Source: an uncultured Candidatus Saccharibacteria bacterium
GTDB taxonomy: Bacteria > Patescibacteriota > Minisyncoccia > Phycocordibacterales > Phycocordibacteraceae
Direction of reading: 5' to 3'
Assembly: GCA_964634305.1 (NCBI GenBank)
Contig: CAZWLE010000001.1
Coordinates: 1,128-65,127, forward strand
DNA: 64,000 nt
The notes under the pieces were generated by a model, which saw only the letters and a program-made list of their open reading frames with translations, had not been told where the DNA came from and did no database searches. A program made the translations under genes and the position numbers. Positions 1 to 9,306 of the stretch are shown in pieces (within the stretch, counting starts at the first letter, position 1; every line of letters starts with the position of its first letter).

Positions 1-75
1 TTAGCTCATGTGAGCCGCGATGCAGTGGTCCGTTATGGCCATGACGAGAGTGGTGACCGCAATTTCTGTGTTCAC
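1..75 (-). CDS. Putative 24-aa SD-led peptide (MNTEIAVTTLVMAITDHCIAAHMS), below ORF-track cutoff
   Basis: Minus strand: TTGACA(133-128)-N17-CATAGT(110-105) promoter, TGCC-GCAA-GGCA leader hairpin, AAAGGA SD, GTG at 75, TAA at 3-1. Confidence 0.45.
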   Translation of the reverse strand: MNTEIAVTTLVMAITDHCIAAHMS

Positions 76-137
76 CGTTCCTTTCTGTGCCTTGCGGCAG
101 GCTCACTATGGAGCCCCACGAAATGCTTGTCAAAAGA

Positions 138-221
138 TGGTGCCGGGAGAGAGACTCGAACTCTCAAGCCTTACGGCAGCGGGTTTTGAATCCACCGTGT
201 ATACCATTCCACCATCCCGGC
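138..221 (-). tRNA. tRNA-Leu(CAA)
   Basis: Reverse complement GCCGGGATGGTGGAATGGTATAC...TTCAAAA...GTTCGAGTC...CCCGGCACCA; long variable arm, encoded CCA. Confidence 0.95.
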
Positions 222-284
222 TTAATCGGCACCTTACCATTTTCCACCCCCTTTTTCATCTGACCTGGTGCTATACTTTCGTCC

Positions 285-1232
285 ATGAGTGCGGGCGAAC
301 CGACAAAATACGATTCGGTATTCTGGATAGATACCGACAAAATAGCTCCGAACCCGTATCAGCCACGGCGGGAATTTGACGAGGATGCGCTCAAGGCGCT
401 CGCTGATTCCATTCGTCAGTACGGTATTTTGCAGCCGCTTGTTGTGACGCGTGCGGCAGACGTTGAGCGTGCGGACGGCGGCATGGAAAGTCGCTATGAG
501 CTCATCGCGGGTGAGCGACGTCTTCGTGCCTCAAAGCTTGTTGGTCTAAAGACGGTGCCTGCGGTTATCCGTCAGGGTGAGTCTGATGCGATGAAGCTTG
601 AGCTTGCGATTATCGAGAACCTCATGCGTGAGGATTTGAATGCGATAGACCGTGCAAAGGCATTCAAACAACTTGCGGATGAATTCGGTCTCTCCCACAC
701 CGAGATTGGTCTTAAGGTGGGGCGAAGTCGTGAAATGGTTACCAACTCCATTCGTCTTCTTCAGCTTCCTGAATACATCCAGCAGGCAGTGGTGAACAAA
801 GAAATCACTGAAGGTCATGGACGTGCACTCCTCATGCTCATTGACCGTCCTCAAGAGCAGGAGACGCTCTTCAAGGAAATTCTTTTGAAGAAGACGTCGG
901 TCCGTATGGTAGAGCAGCTCGTACGGCGTATTGCTACCGATAAGATTCGTAAGCACGACAAGACGCCAGAGATGATGGAGATTGAGAAGTCACTCACTGA
1001 GCAGCTCGGAACCCGTGTCGTTATCGAGAATCGTCCAAACGGTGGTCGTGTCCTTATTGAATTCTTCTCACCTGAAGATTTGACGAATATACTTGCTGCG
1101 CTTGCAGCAGAAACGAAAGCAAAGGCAGAGGCAGAAACGATTGCTGCGGTAGAAGAAGCCGTACCTGAAGGAGTGGTGGAAGCAGAGAAGACCGACGACG
1201 AGTTGTATTCCGTGAAGAACTTCGTCGTGTAG
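285..1232 (+). CDS. parB: ParB/Spo0J chromosome partitioning protein
   Basis: PNPYQPRR, GILQPL, AGERRLRA (arginine patch), IENLMREDL, HTH; TATACT 7 nt upstream of ATG. Confidence 0.95.
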   Translation: MSAGEPTKYDSVFWIDTDKIAPNPYQPRREFDEDALKALADSIRQYGILQPLVVTRAADVERADGGMESRYELIAGERRLRASKLVGLKTVPAVIRQGESDAMKLELAIIENLMREDLNAIDRAKAFKQLADEFGLSHTEIGLKVGRSREMVTNSIRLLQLPEYIQQAVVNKEITEGHGRALLMLIDRPQEQETLFKEILLKKTSVRMVEQLVRRIATDKIRKHDKTPEMMEIEKSLTEQLGTRVVIENRPNGGRVLIEFFSPEDLTNILAALAAETKAKAEAETIAAVEEAVPEGVVEAEKTDDELYSVKNFVV

Positions 1233-2879
1233 CTACGCGTCAGCGCCCCATTTCTTTTTACGTGCGCGCTCGCGTTTACGCACGAGACGACTGTCTGGTT
1301 TAGCAGCGGCACCTGGTCCGCGTTCGGTTACATCAAGGGCGGTGCGTATGTGTTTACGCGCCATAGAGGTCTTCGCCATCTCAAGCCATTTAGTGGTCGG
1401 CTTTGCAGAGTCACGACGCAAAATTTCCACGATATCGCCGTTACGCAGGACGGTATCAAAGGCAACCAGTTTGTTGTTTACCTTCGCTCCATTCATGTGA
1501 TTACCGAGGTCGCTGTGTATTGCGTAGGCAAAGTCGATAGGAGTGGAGTGTACTGGTAGGTCGATGACGTCGCCTTTTGGGGTAAACACAAACACGCGAT
1601 GTGAGAAGAAGTCTTCTTTGAGGCTGTCGACAAATTCAGATGATTCAGCGAGCGTCGTGTGTACCTCGGCAAGCTCAGAGAGCCAGCGTGGTGCCGTCTC
1701 TTCTTTAGTCTTCTTTCCGTTTTTGGTTGGTTGAGCTACCACCACCTCTCGCTTTTTGGAGAAGTTAAGAAGGGTAGGTACAAGGTCGCGTACCCACGTA
1801 AAAGAAAGGTTGGCGAAAGCACCTTTACCTGCCGTCTTTCCTAGCTGCTTATAAGACATGTGGGACGCGATACCAAACTGCGCCGCTCGATGCATTTCAT
1901 CGGTACGTACCTGTATCTCCACAATGCCCGCTTCCTGTGTAAGAACGGTCGTATGGAGCGATTGATAGCCGTTTGGCTTTGGAAACGCAATGTAGTCTTT
2001 AAATTGCCCTGGAAGGGGACGGAATCGAGCGTGGATGACGCCAAGTGCCGCATAGCAATCATCTATCGAGCGAACAATCACACGCAGCGCAGCAATATCG
2101 TGAATCTCGGTGATGTCATCACCCTTACGTTTTAGTTTCTGGTGGAGGCTCCAGAGTCCTTTCATGCGCACTTCAGTACGGAAATCACGAATCCCTCTAC
2201 GAGCGAATTCCCGTTGGATTTCTTTCTGCACGCGCATGAGTCCCGTTTCTGTCTCCTTACTTTTTAACTTCCGTACCTCGACGGCGTGAGCGTACGCATC
2301 GCCATCAACGATAGGGAAGGCAAGGTCTTCTAAGTTCTTTTTCATGCGCCCCATACCAAGACGGTCGGCAAGCGGCGCATAGATTTCAATCGTCTCAAGC
2401 GCGATGCGTCGCTGCTTTTCCTTTGGCACGTGCTCAATCGTGGTCATGTTGTGATACCGGTCGGCGAGCTTGATGATGAGTACGCGCACGTCAGCTGAGG
2501 TAGCAACGAGAAGGCGACGTAGAGATTCTGCATGGCGCTCCGCACCACGGTATTTGTGCTTTCCAAGTTTCGTTACACCGTCGACAAGAAAGAGTACCTC
2601 TGCACCAAACTGTTGCTTCACCGCATCTTCGCTCGCCTTTCCATCCTCAACGGTGTCATGGAGAAGTCCTGCAGCGATGGTCGCCGCATCCATACCCAGT
2701 TCAGCAAGGATTTTTGCGGTTGCGGACGGGTGAACGAAGTACGGCTCTCCGGAATATCGTTTGTCGTCCTTATGTGCATTCTCAGCAAATGTGTACGCTT
2801 TCTCGACGAGGGCTCGGTCCTCGTCAGTAGCGTTCTGCATCTCGGCGATTATCTCCTTCACCGGGGTCATTCTGCCCAT
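1233..2879 (-). CDS. rel: RelA/SpoT-family (p)ppGpp synthetase/hydrolase (HD-SYNTH-TGS, no ZFD/ACT)
   Basis: RYSGEPYFVHP, LHDTVED, KLADRYHNM, KPNGYQSLHT, EIQVRT, TGS motif DFAYAIHS. Confidence 0.95.
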   Translation of the reverse strand: MGRMTPVKEIIAEMQNATDEDRALVEKAYTFAENAHKDDKRYSGEPYFVHPSATAKILAELGMDAATIAAGLLHDTVEDGKASEDAVKQQFGAEVLFLVDGVTKLGKHKYRGAERHAESLRRLLVATSADVRVLIIKLADRYHNMTTIEHVPKEKQRRIALETIEIYAPLADRLGMGRMKKNLEDLAFPIVDGDAYAHAVEVRKLKSKETETGLMRVQKEIQREFARRGIRDFRTEVRMKGLWSLHQKLKRKGDDITEIHDIAALRVIVRSIDDCYAALGVIHARFRPLPGQFKDYIAFPKPNGYQSLHTTVLTQEAGIVEIQVRTDEMHRAAQFGIASHMSYKQLGKTAGKGAFANLSFTWVRDLVPTLLNFSKKREVVVAQPTKNGKKTKEETAPRWLSELAEVHTTLAESSEFVDSLKEDFFSHRVFVFTPKGDVIDLPVHSTPIDFAYAIHSDLGNHMNGAKVNNKLVAFDTVLRNGDIVEILRRDSAKPTTKWLEMAKTSMARKHIRTALDVTERGPGAAAKPDSRLVRKRERARKKKWGADA

Positions 2880-2904
2880 GGTAGCAGAATAGGGGCATTA
2901 ACGC

Positions 2905-2933
2905 TTGACGCAGGGTCTTCTGAAGAGAATACT
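2905..2933 (+). promoter_or_regulatory. Sigma70-type promoter for small ORF at 2976
   Basis: TTGACG(2905-2910)-N17-AATACT(2928-2933). Confidence 0.55.
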
Positions 2934-2975
2934 GACCCGACTGTTCCTTCATTGAAACAGTGAGTGAGGTGAGCC

Positions 2976-3152
2976 ATGTATCGTTTACGCTGCACAAAAT
3001 GCGGTAGGCATAATCGCAACCACCGAATCAGCTTTTGCGTTGGAGGGTGTAAAAGCGAAAACGGCCATATGGCGGCGATGGAGCCGCTTGAACCAGGCTT
3101 TTGGAAAATCCACCAGCTCGTCCCGTTCGAGCTCCTCCAATCTTCTCGCTAG
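2976..3152 (+). CDS. Putative 58-aa Cys-rich (CxxC...CxxxC) small protein, not in ORF track
   Basis: MYRLRCTKCGRHNRNHRISFCVGGCKSENG...; SD GAGGT upstream, own promoter, downstream hairpin. Confidence 0.55.
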   Translation: MYRLRCTKCGRHNRNHRISFCVGGCKSENGHMAAMEPLEPGFWKIHQLVPFELLQSSR

Positions 3153-3172
3153 CTGCATCACAGCCAGCACGC

Positions 3173-3199
3173 AAAAGGCCGCTCCTTGTGGGCGGCCTT
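3173..3199. terminator. Hairpin terminator between small ORF and convergent topA
   Basis: AAGGCCGC...GCGGCCTT inverted repeat, T-run on the minus side. Confidence 0.7.
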
Positions 3200-3204
3200 C
3201 GACG

Positions 3205-5592
3205 TTAGACGAGATAACTTGCAGCTTCCTCAGGAGAAAGAGAATCCGCTTGCACGCTTTCCGGAAGGTAGATACGGCGCAGGCCTTTCTTAAGGAAGAG
3301 ACCCTGCTTTGACTTGTAGAGAACGAGTGCACGACCGGTCTTTGGGTGTTTCATTTCTTTCTCAATGGTCGCGCCTTTAGGAGGCAGTTTTGGCGTATCC
3401 ACGAGCACAACGGCGTCTTCAAGCGCGATAGTGTATGGGTCACCCTTTTTGATAGAACGGAATTCGCCGTTGTAGGCAACGTATGGACCAAAGCGACCCG
3501 TGTTAGCGACGATAGGGAATCCCGTCTTTGGATGCATGCCGAGCTCGCGAGGGAGCGAGAGATATTTAACAGCATCCTCAAGCGTGACGGATGCTGGGTT
3601 AACGCCGGGAGGAACACTTGCTCGCTTTCCGCTAAATGCAGGTTTCTTTGCTTTTTTCTTAGCTACCTTCTTCTTACCCTTAGTTGGTTCTGGTTCAGGA
3701 GCAGCCTCTTCAACCGGCGCATCGTCAGGCATTTCTACATACGGTCCAAAGCGTCCAGTGCGAATGAAAATCGCTTTACCTGTCTCAGGATGCATACCGA
3801 GTGGTTCATCACCCTTCAATTCGCTGCCGTCTTCCTGACGTGCACCATCGCAGTCTGGGTAGCGGGTACAGCTCATAAACACACCACCCCGACCAAGCTT
3901 GAATTCCATTTCACTTCCACATTTTGGACAAGGGAATTCCTTCGGTGCTTTTCCAAGGGCCGTTGCCTTTGGTAAATCACCCTTTGCATCAATAGCGGCA
4001 CGAAATGGGGTGTAGAACTCCTTCAACGTCTTTGCGTACTCACGCTCACCGCGTGATATTTCATCAAGCTCATCTTCCATCTCCGCAGTGAACGAATCAC
4101 TGATGTATTCCGCAAAATGCTCTTCAAGCCATCCAGATACCACCATGCCGGTAGCGGTTGGTTTAAGCGTACGACCATCTTTATCGACGTAGCCGCGGTC
4201 CTGAATGGTCTTCATGATGCTCGCGTAGGTAGACGGGCGTCCAATACCACGCTTCTCGAGTTCCTTGATAAGGCCTGCTTCGGTGTAGCGGTTAGGTGGT
4301 TCCGTTTGCTTCTCAAGCGCATCAATAGAGAGAAGGGTAAGTGCTGCGCCTGCTACGACTTTTGGAAGTTCTGTGTCCTCGCCGCGTGCGCGCGTATCAA
4401 GTGCCAACCAGCCAGGGAAGATAACGCGAGAACCATTTGCCGTGAATACAGGAATATCAGCATCAGCCGTGGCAGTGACCTTGGTCCGGAGTACCTTTGC
4501 ACTCGCCATTTGACTTGCGAGTGCACGGGTACGAATAAGCTCATAGAGCGCAATCTCATCAGCGGTATGGCCTGCTTTCGTTTTGCCTGCATCGGTAGGA
4601 CGCACTGCTTCGTGCGCTTCCTGTGCATTCTTCGACTTAGTCTTGTAGGCACGCGATTCGACATAGTCTTTACCAAACTCTTTTTCAACGACGCTACACA
4701 TCTTGGCGACGGCTTCCTTTGCAAGGTTAACGGAGTCAGTACGCATGTAGGTAATGTGTCCTGCTTCGTAGAGTTTCTGAGCTGCGCGCATAGTGCGGGA
4801 AGGGGCAAATCCAAGACGAGTCGATGCTACCTGCTGCATCGTTGAGGTGGTAAACGGCGGGCGTGGTGCACGCTCTTCTGCTTTCTCAGTGACGTCACCG
4901 ACAGTCCAGGTCGCCTTACGTCCCTCTTCTACGATACGGTGTGCCTCGGTTGCCTCTTTTGGCTCTTCTACACACGTGGCATCAAATTCTTCAGTGCCTG
5001 CCTTAAAACGAGCTGAGAGCACGTGATATGTCTCAGGAATAAACGCGAGTATTTCACGCTCACGTTCAGCAAGAATGCGGAGCGCTGGGGACTGCACGCG
5101 TCCTGCAGAAAGGCCGTAGCGAACTTTCTTCCAGATAAGACCGGAGAGGTCGTAGCCTACGAGACGGTCCAGTACGCGACGTGCCTCTTGTGCCTGGCGC
5201 AAATCCTCATCAATAGCGCGAGGATGTTTGAGCGCCTCTTGTACCGCATCTTTGGTAATTTCATGAAATACCACACGCTGTGGGTTCTTGAGCTTTACTG
5301 CCTCTTTAAGGTGCCATGCAATAGCTTCACCTTCGCGGTCGGGGTCGGTTGCAAGAAACACTTCCTCTGCCTTGTCGGCTGCCTTATGAATACGTTCGAT
5401 AACATCACGTTTTCCCGGGGAAATAACGTAGCGAGGGGTGAAGCCACCCTCGATATCAACGGCGTCTTTATTGGTCTTCGGAAGGTCACGGACATGACCA
5501 ACCGAAGCGAGTACCTCGTACTCGCTCCCTAGATAATGGCCAATCGTCCGCGCTTTTGCGGGAGATTCCACAATCAAAAGTTTCTTTGCCAT
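3205..5592 (-). CDS. topA: DNA topoisomerase I (type IA)
   Basis: VESPAKA, ATDPDREGEAI, SAGRVQS, ITYMRTDS (catalytic Tyr), GIGRPSTY; one Zn ribbon plus GRFGPYV repeats. Confidence 0.97.
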   Translation of the reverse strand: MAKKLLIVESPAKARTIGHYLGSEYEVLASVGHVRDLPKTNKDAVDIEGGFTPRYVISPGKRDVIERIHKAADKAEEVFLATDPDREGEAIAWHLKEAVKLKNPQRVVFHEITKDAVQEALKHPRAIDEDLRQAQEARRVLDRLVGYDLSGLIWKKVRYGLSAGRVQSPALRILAEREREILAFIPETYHVLSARFKAGTEEFDATCVEEPKEATEAHRIVEEGRKATWTVGDVTEKAEERAPRPPFTTSTMQQVASTRLGFAPSRTMRAAQKLYEAGHITYMRTDSVNLAKEAVAKMCSVVEKEFGKDYVESRAYKTKSKNAQEAHEAVRPTDAGKTKAGHTADEIALYELIRTRALASQMASAKVLRTKVTATADADIPVFTANGSRVIFPGWLALDTRARGEDTELPKVVAGAALTLLSIDALEKQTEPPNRYTEAGLIKELEKRGIGRPSTYASIMKTIQDRGYVDKDGRTLKPTATGMVVSGWLEEHFAEYISDSFTAEMEDELDEISRGEREYAKTLKEFYTPFRAAIDAKGDLPKATALGKAPKEFPCPKCGSEMEFKLGRGGVFMSCTRYPDCDGARQEDGSELKGDEPLGMHPETGKAIFIRTGRFGPYVEMPDDAPVEEAAPEPEPTKGKKKVAKKKAKKPAFSGKRASVPPGVNPASVTLEDAVKYLSLPRELGMHPKTGFPIVANTGRFGPYVAYNGEFRSIKKGDPYTIALEDAVVLVDTPKLPPKGATIEKEMKHPKTGRALVLYKSKQGLFLKKGLRRIYLPESVQADSLSPEEAASYLV

Positions 5593-5652
5593 TTACCAAG
5601 GGATACCGCGATACCTTATATAGTGTCAAATCAAGATGTGTAGAACGTGAAC

Positions 5653-5680
5653 GCGGCGGAGGTGTCCCTCCGCCGCTTTT
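5653..5680. terminator. GC-rich stem-loop downstream of the 61-aa ORF
   Basis: GCGGCGGAGG-TGTC-CCTCCGCCGC perfect 10-bp stem; T-run lies on the plus side. Confidence 0.6.
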
Positions 5681-5697
5681 GCACGCTTCTGCGCGCA

Positions 5698-5883
5698 TTA
5701 TTCGTTCGCGGTTTCCACCGCGAGTTGGTGCAATTCGCTGACCACCGCTTTCTGAGCGGGGGTCAGGTTCGAGTGCTGGGTGTACGTACGCAGCTCGGCG
5801 GTGTCGACATCGACCGTCGGAAAGGCGGCTTTGAGACGCTCTTTCAATGCTGATGACGGACGAAGGTCATTGATGGTGGCCAT
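5698..5883 (-). CDS. Putative 61-aa SD-led orphan protein (MATINDLRPSSALKERLKAAF...)
   Basis: SD GGGAG upstream of ATG 5883, leader hairpin GGGC-ATGAC-GCCC, TTGACG upstream, coding-like codon use. Confidence 0.65.
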   Translation of the reverse strand: MATINDLRPSSALKERLKAAFPTVDVDTAELRTYTQHSNLTPAQKAVVSELHQLAVETANE

Positions 5884-6002
5884 CGTTACACTCCCTAGGG
5901 CGTCATGCCCATCACAGTGTTGTATGCGCAAAGTGCAGCATCGTCAAACCCGAACCTCTGCTCACACCGCCCTTGCCAGAAGTGGTATAGTACAGCCTAA
6001 CC

Positions 6003-7262
6003 ATGCTCGATATTCATTTCATCCGCGAGCACGCGGACTTGGTGAAAGAAGCGGCACGCAAAAAGCGGGTCGACGTTGATGTGACTCGTCTTCTTACCGT
6101 TGACGATGACCGCAAGCGCCTTCGCCAGGAGCTTGATGACAAGCGAGCGGAACAAAATCGTGCCAGTAAGTTGATTGCGCTTGCGAAAGGGGATGAGCGC
6201 GAAAAGCTCATTGAAGGCATGCAGCAGCTAAAGCAGGGAATGGGTACGGTAGAAGAGGAGTACGCAAAGGTCATGGAGGAGTGGCAGAAACTCATGCTCG
6301 CCATTCCGAACATTCCGGACATGACGGTGCCAGAAGGTGAGTCGGATGCGGATAACCAGGAAGTGAAGACCTGGGGCACCATTCCAGAATTCTCTTTCAC
6401 GCCAAAGGACCATGTTGAGCTCATGACCGCACTTAACATGGCTGACTTTGATCGAGGCACCAAGGTAGCTGGCTTTCGTGGCTACTACCTCAAAGGGGAC
6501 GGTGCCCTCCTTGCTTTTGCTATCTGGCGCTACGCGCAAGATTTCTTCCTGAAAAAAGAATTTGTACCGATGATAGTGCCGTCGTTGGTGCGTCGTGAGT
6601 CACTTATGGGTACCGGCATGCTGCCGCAGTCTGAAGAAGATTTGTATAAGACGCAGGATGGTGAATATCTTGCAGGTACTGCGGAGGTAGCGACTATGGG
6701 CTACTTCATGGGGGAGACGCTTGAGAAGAAAGACCTTCCTCATAAGTTCTTGTCGTTCTCGCCTTGTTTTCGTCGTGAGGCAGGAGCGCACGGTAAAGAT
6801 GTACGCGGGCTTATCCGTGTGCACGAATTTTATAAGTGGGAGCAAGTAATTTTGTGCGAAGCCTCACATGAGGAATCGGTTAAGCAGCATGAATGGCTTA
6901 ATCGCAATACTGAGGAATTTATTGAATCTCTTGAAATTCCATATCACACGGTACTTAACTGTGGCGGTGACTTGGGGCTCGGTCAGGTAAAAAAGTACGA
7001 CATTGAATTGTGGGTACCCGGTGAGAAGACGTACCGCGAGATTAGCTCAGCGTCATACTTCCATGATTTCCAAACCCGTCGCCTTGATATTCGCTATCGC
7101 GATGACGACGGTACGATGAAGTTTGCGCACTCTCTCAACTCAACCGCGATTCCTACCCCACGCATTCTTGTTTCCATTGTCGAGAACTATCAGCAGGAAG
7201 ATGGACGCGTACGCGTTCCTGCGGCCTTGGTGCCGTACATGGGCAAAGACATAATCGGGTAG
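6003..7262 (+). CDS. serS: Seryl-tRNA synthetase
   Basis: MLDIHFIR N-terminus, GTAE, CFRREAG, GLIRVHEF, EISSAS class II motifs. Confidence 0.97.
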   Translation: MLDIHFIREHADLVKEAARKKRVDVDVTRLLTVDDDRKRLRQELDDKRAEQNRASKLIALAKGDEREKLIEGMQQLKQGMGTVEEEYAKVMEEWQKLMLAIPNIPDMTVPEGESDADNQEVKTWGTIPEFSFTPKDHVELMTALNMADFDRGTKVAGFRGYYLKGDGALLAFAIWRYAQDFFLKKEFVPMIVPSLVRRESLMGTGMLPQSEEDLYKTQDGEYLAGTAEVATMGYFMGETLEKKDLPHKFLSFSPCFRREAGAHGKDVRGLIRVHEFYKWEQVILCEASHEESVKQHEWLNRNTEEFIESLEIPYHTVLNCGGDLGLGQVKKYDIELWVPGEKTYREISSASYFHDFQTRRLDIRYRDDDGTMKFAHSLNSTAIPTPRILVSIVENYQQEDGRVRVPAALVPYMGKDIIG

Positions 7263-7266
7263 ACTG

Positions 7267-8211
7267 ATGGCCAAATCCTTTGATATGGGTCCTCGCAAAC
7301 GCGCGGGGACAGGAAAAGGGGAGGAACCAAAACCACGAAAGCGCCGGAAGCGTCGTGCACCGAAGGAGTCCAATCATCCGGTGTTGTCTGCGCGTAACAC
7401 AAAGCGAAAGCTTCGTGACCGTCGCCGTGATGAACTCTTTTCAAAAATGGTACTTACGATTGCGGTCTTTCTCGCTATTGCGGGCGGCATCGTGTATCTC
7501 TTCTCGCTTCCGAGCGTGCGGATTTCACAAGTAGAAGCACAAGGATTCCCTGACCCTGAGCGTGTGGCGGTTATAGCCAAAGAAGAACTGTCTGGTCGCT
7601 ACTACGGTCTCATTCCGCGTGACTCATTCTTCTTCTATCCGGAGCGTGCCATTCGTCAGAGCGTGCTTGAAGAATATCCAGCCGTCTCCTCAGTATCGGT
7701 AGGCCGAAATAGCTTTGATTCCATCATTCTTGAAGGTCGTCCTCGGGTCGCTGCTTTTCACTGGTGCGGTGGTCCTGATTCGCTCGCTGCTGAAGACGTG
7801 ACCTGCTACGAGGTAGATGCAGAAGGTATGGTGTTTAAGCAGGCAATCATTGATGCCTCGTCAACGCCAATGCTGCACGTGTATGCCGTGCTTGATACGG
7901 CATCGACTACTGGTGCCTATCCGCTTAAGGCAAAAGTCGAAGGTGCCAATCATCTTCCAGACATTCTTCGATTTGTACGTTCATTAAACTCGCTTGGAGT
8001 CACCGTCGCATCAATCGCGATTCGTGGAGATGAGGCAGATTTGTTTGTGGCACCTGGCACTCGTATCACCTACGTTGTGGGTCACGAGAAAGAAGCAGAG
8101 AAGTCAGCAAAAGCTGCACTTCCAAAACTGAATCTTAAGGATGGTTCTATCCTATACATTGACCTTCGATTTGATGGCAAAGTCTATCTAAAGAGGGTTG
8201 GGGAGGAGTAG
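7267..8211 (+). CDS. FtsQ/DivIB-like bitopic cell-division protein
   Basis: Basic N-terminus, single TM, POTRA-like segment, C-terminal YIDLRFDGKVY motif. Confidence 0.7.
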   Translation: MAKSFDMGPRKRAGTGKGEEPKPRKRRKRRAPKESNHPVLSARNTKRKLRDRRRDELFSKMVLTIAVFLAIAGGIVYLFSLPSVRISQVEAQGFPDPERVAVIAKEELSGRYYGLIPRDSFFFYPERAIRQSVLEEYPAVSSVSVGRNSFDSIILEGRPRVAAFHWCGGPDSLAAEDVTCYEVDAEGMVFKQAIIDASSTPMLHVYAVLDTASTTGAYPLKAKVEGANHLPDILRFVRSLNSLGVTVASIAIRGDEADLFVAPGTRITYVVGHEKEAEKSAKAALPKLNLKDGSILYIDLRFDGKVYLKRVGEE

Positions 8212-8232
8212 GAGCTCTGGTAGGGTAGGCAT

Positions 8233-9198
8233 ATGACGAATTTCTGGGAGACGCTCCCAAAGCCATTTTTTGTACTCGCGCCAATGGCGGACGTCACTGA
8301 CCCTGCCTACCGTGCGCTTATTGCAGAGACGCACGCGCCCGACGTTACGTGGACAGAGTTCGTGTCTGCCGACGGTCTCTTTCACACCCGTGAGAAGAAG
8401 GGGATAAAGGACGAGGAGAATCCACTCGTGCGTGACCTTCTCTACACTGAAGCAGAGCGTCCCATCATTGCGCAGTTCTTCGGTTCAAATCCTGACACCA
8501 TGGAATATGCTGCGCGCCTTGCGCTTGAACGTGGTTTTGACGGCGTCGACATTAACATGGGGTGTCCTGACCGTTCTATTGAAAAACAAGGGGCGGGTGC
8601 AGCGAATATAAAGAATCCAGAACGTGCTAAAGAAGTAATAGCAGCAGCCCTTCGAGGAACTGAAGGGAAGATACCGGTGTCCGTAAAGACCCGACTTGGA
8701 TACAACAAACTTGAGTACCGAGACTGGTTACCCCATCTTTTGTCCACCGACATTGCTGCGCTCACCGTTCACATGCGAACACGTAAAGAAATGTCGCTAG
8801 TGCCGGCGCACTGGGAGCTTGGTGCAGAGGTGGTCTCGTTTTGCCGAGAACATAACAGGGAAGTGAAGCTGCTTGGCAACGGCGATGTTCTATCGCTTGC
8901 ACAAGGCCGGACGCTTTCCGAAGAACAGGGGTGGGACGGTCTCATGCTTGGGCGCGCTATCTTTGGTAACCCATGGCTTTTTTCGGGACGCCTCCCTGCA
9001 GACCTTACAAAAGAAGAACGTCTGACTTCCCTCCTTACGCTCGCCAAAAAGTTTGATGCGCTTCGGCCACAAAAACACTACGCTATCTTAAAAAAGCATT
9101 TCAAAGCCTTTGTATCAGGCTATGACGGTGCCGCTGAACTTCGTGCCAAGCTCATGGAAACCTCTACGGTTGAGGAACTCGAAGCGTTAATTGGATAG
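8233..9198 (+). CDS. dus: tRNA-dihydrouridine synthase
   Basis: LAPMADVTD, DINMGCP, PVSVKTRLG, GNGDV, MLGRAIFGNPWLF. Confidence 0.95.
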   Translation: MTNFWETLPKPFFVLAPMADVTDPAYRALIAETHAPDVTWTEFVSADGLFHTREKKGIKDEENPLVRDLLYTEAERPIIAQFFGSNPDTMEYAARLALERGFDGVDINMGCPDRSIEKQGAGAANIKNPERAKEVIAAALRGTEGKIPVSVKTRLGYNKLEYRDWLPHLLSTDIAALTVHMRTRKEMSLVPAHWELGAEVVSFCREHNREVKLLGNGDVLSLAQGRTLSEEQGWDGLMLGRAIFGNPWLFSGRLPADLTKEERLTSLLTLAKKFDALRPQKHYAILKKHFKAFVSGYDGAAELRAKLMETSTVEELEALIG

Positions 9199-9306
9199 AA
9201 AAAGGGCCGCCAAGTGAATAAGGAGAGGCGGCCCCATAAGGAAGATAGGGAATGTAGGGTGATGGCGCGTCTGTCCGTGAGGAGTCGGACGCGAGTTCCC
9301 TTCCAT
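9199..9306 (-). ncRNA. Candidate ~108-nt sRNA with multiple CU-rich anti-SD segments
   Basis: TATACT -10 (9317-9312); hairpin with ACUCCUCA loop; CU-rich linker; terminal stem GGGCCGCC/GGCGGCCC followed by U5. Confidence 0.65.

Noticed and set aside
222-1300. parS site or parA next to parB
   Set aside because: No TGTTNCACGTGAAACA-like palindrome and no parA seen near parB; parA could lie outside the window.
2985-3332. ORF-track calls 2985-3332(-) and 3040-3312(+)
   Set aside because: Both overlap the topA end and cross the terminator; the SD-led 2976-3152 frame is better supported.
9199-9300. CsrB/RsmZ-like GGA-repeat RNA on the plus strand
   Set aside because: GGA motifs are present, but the -10 box and the terminator U-tract both point to minus-strand transcription.
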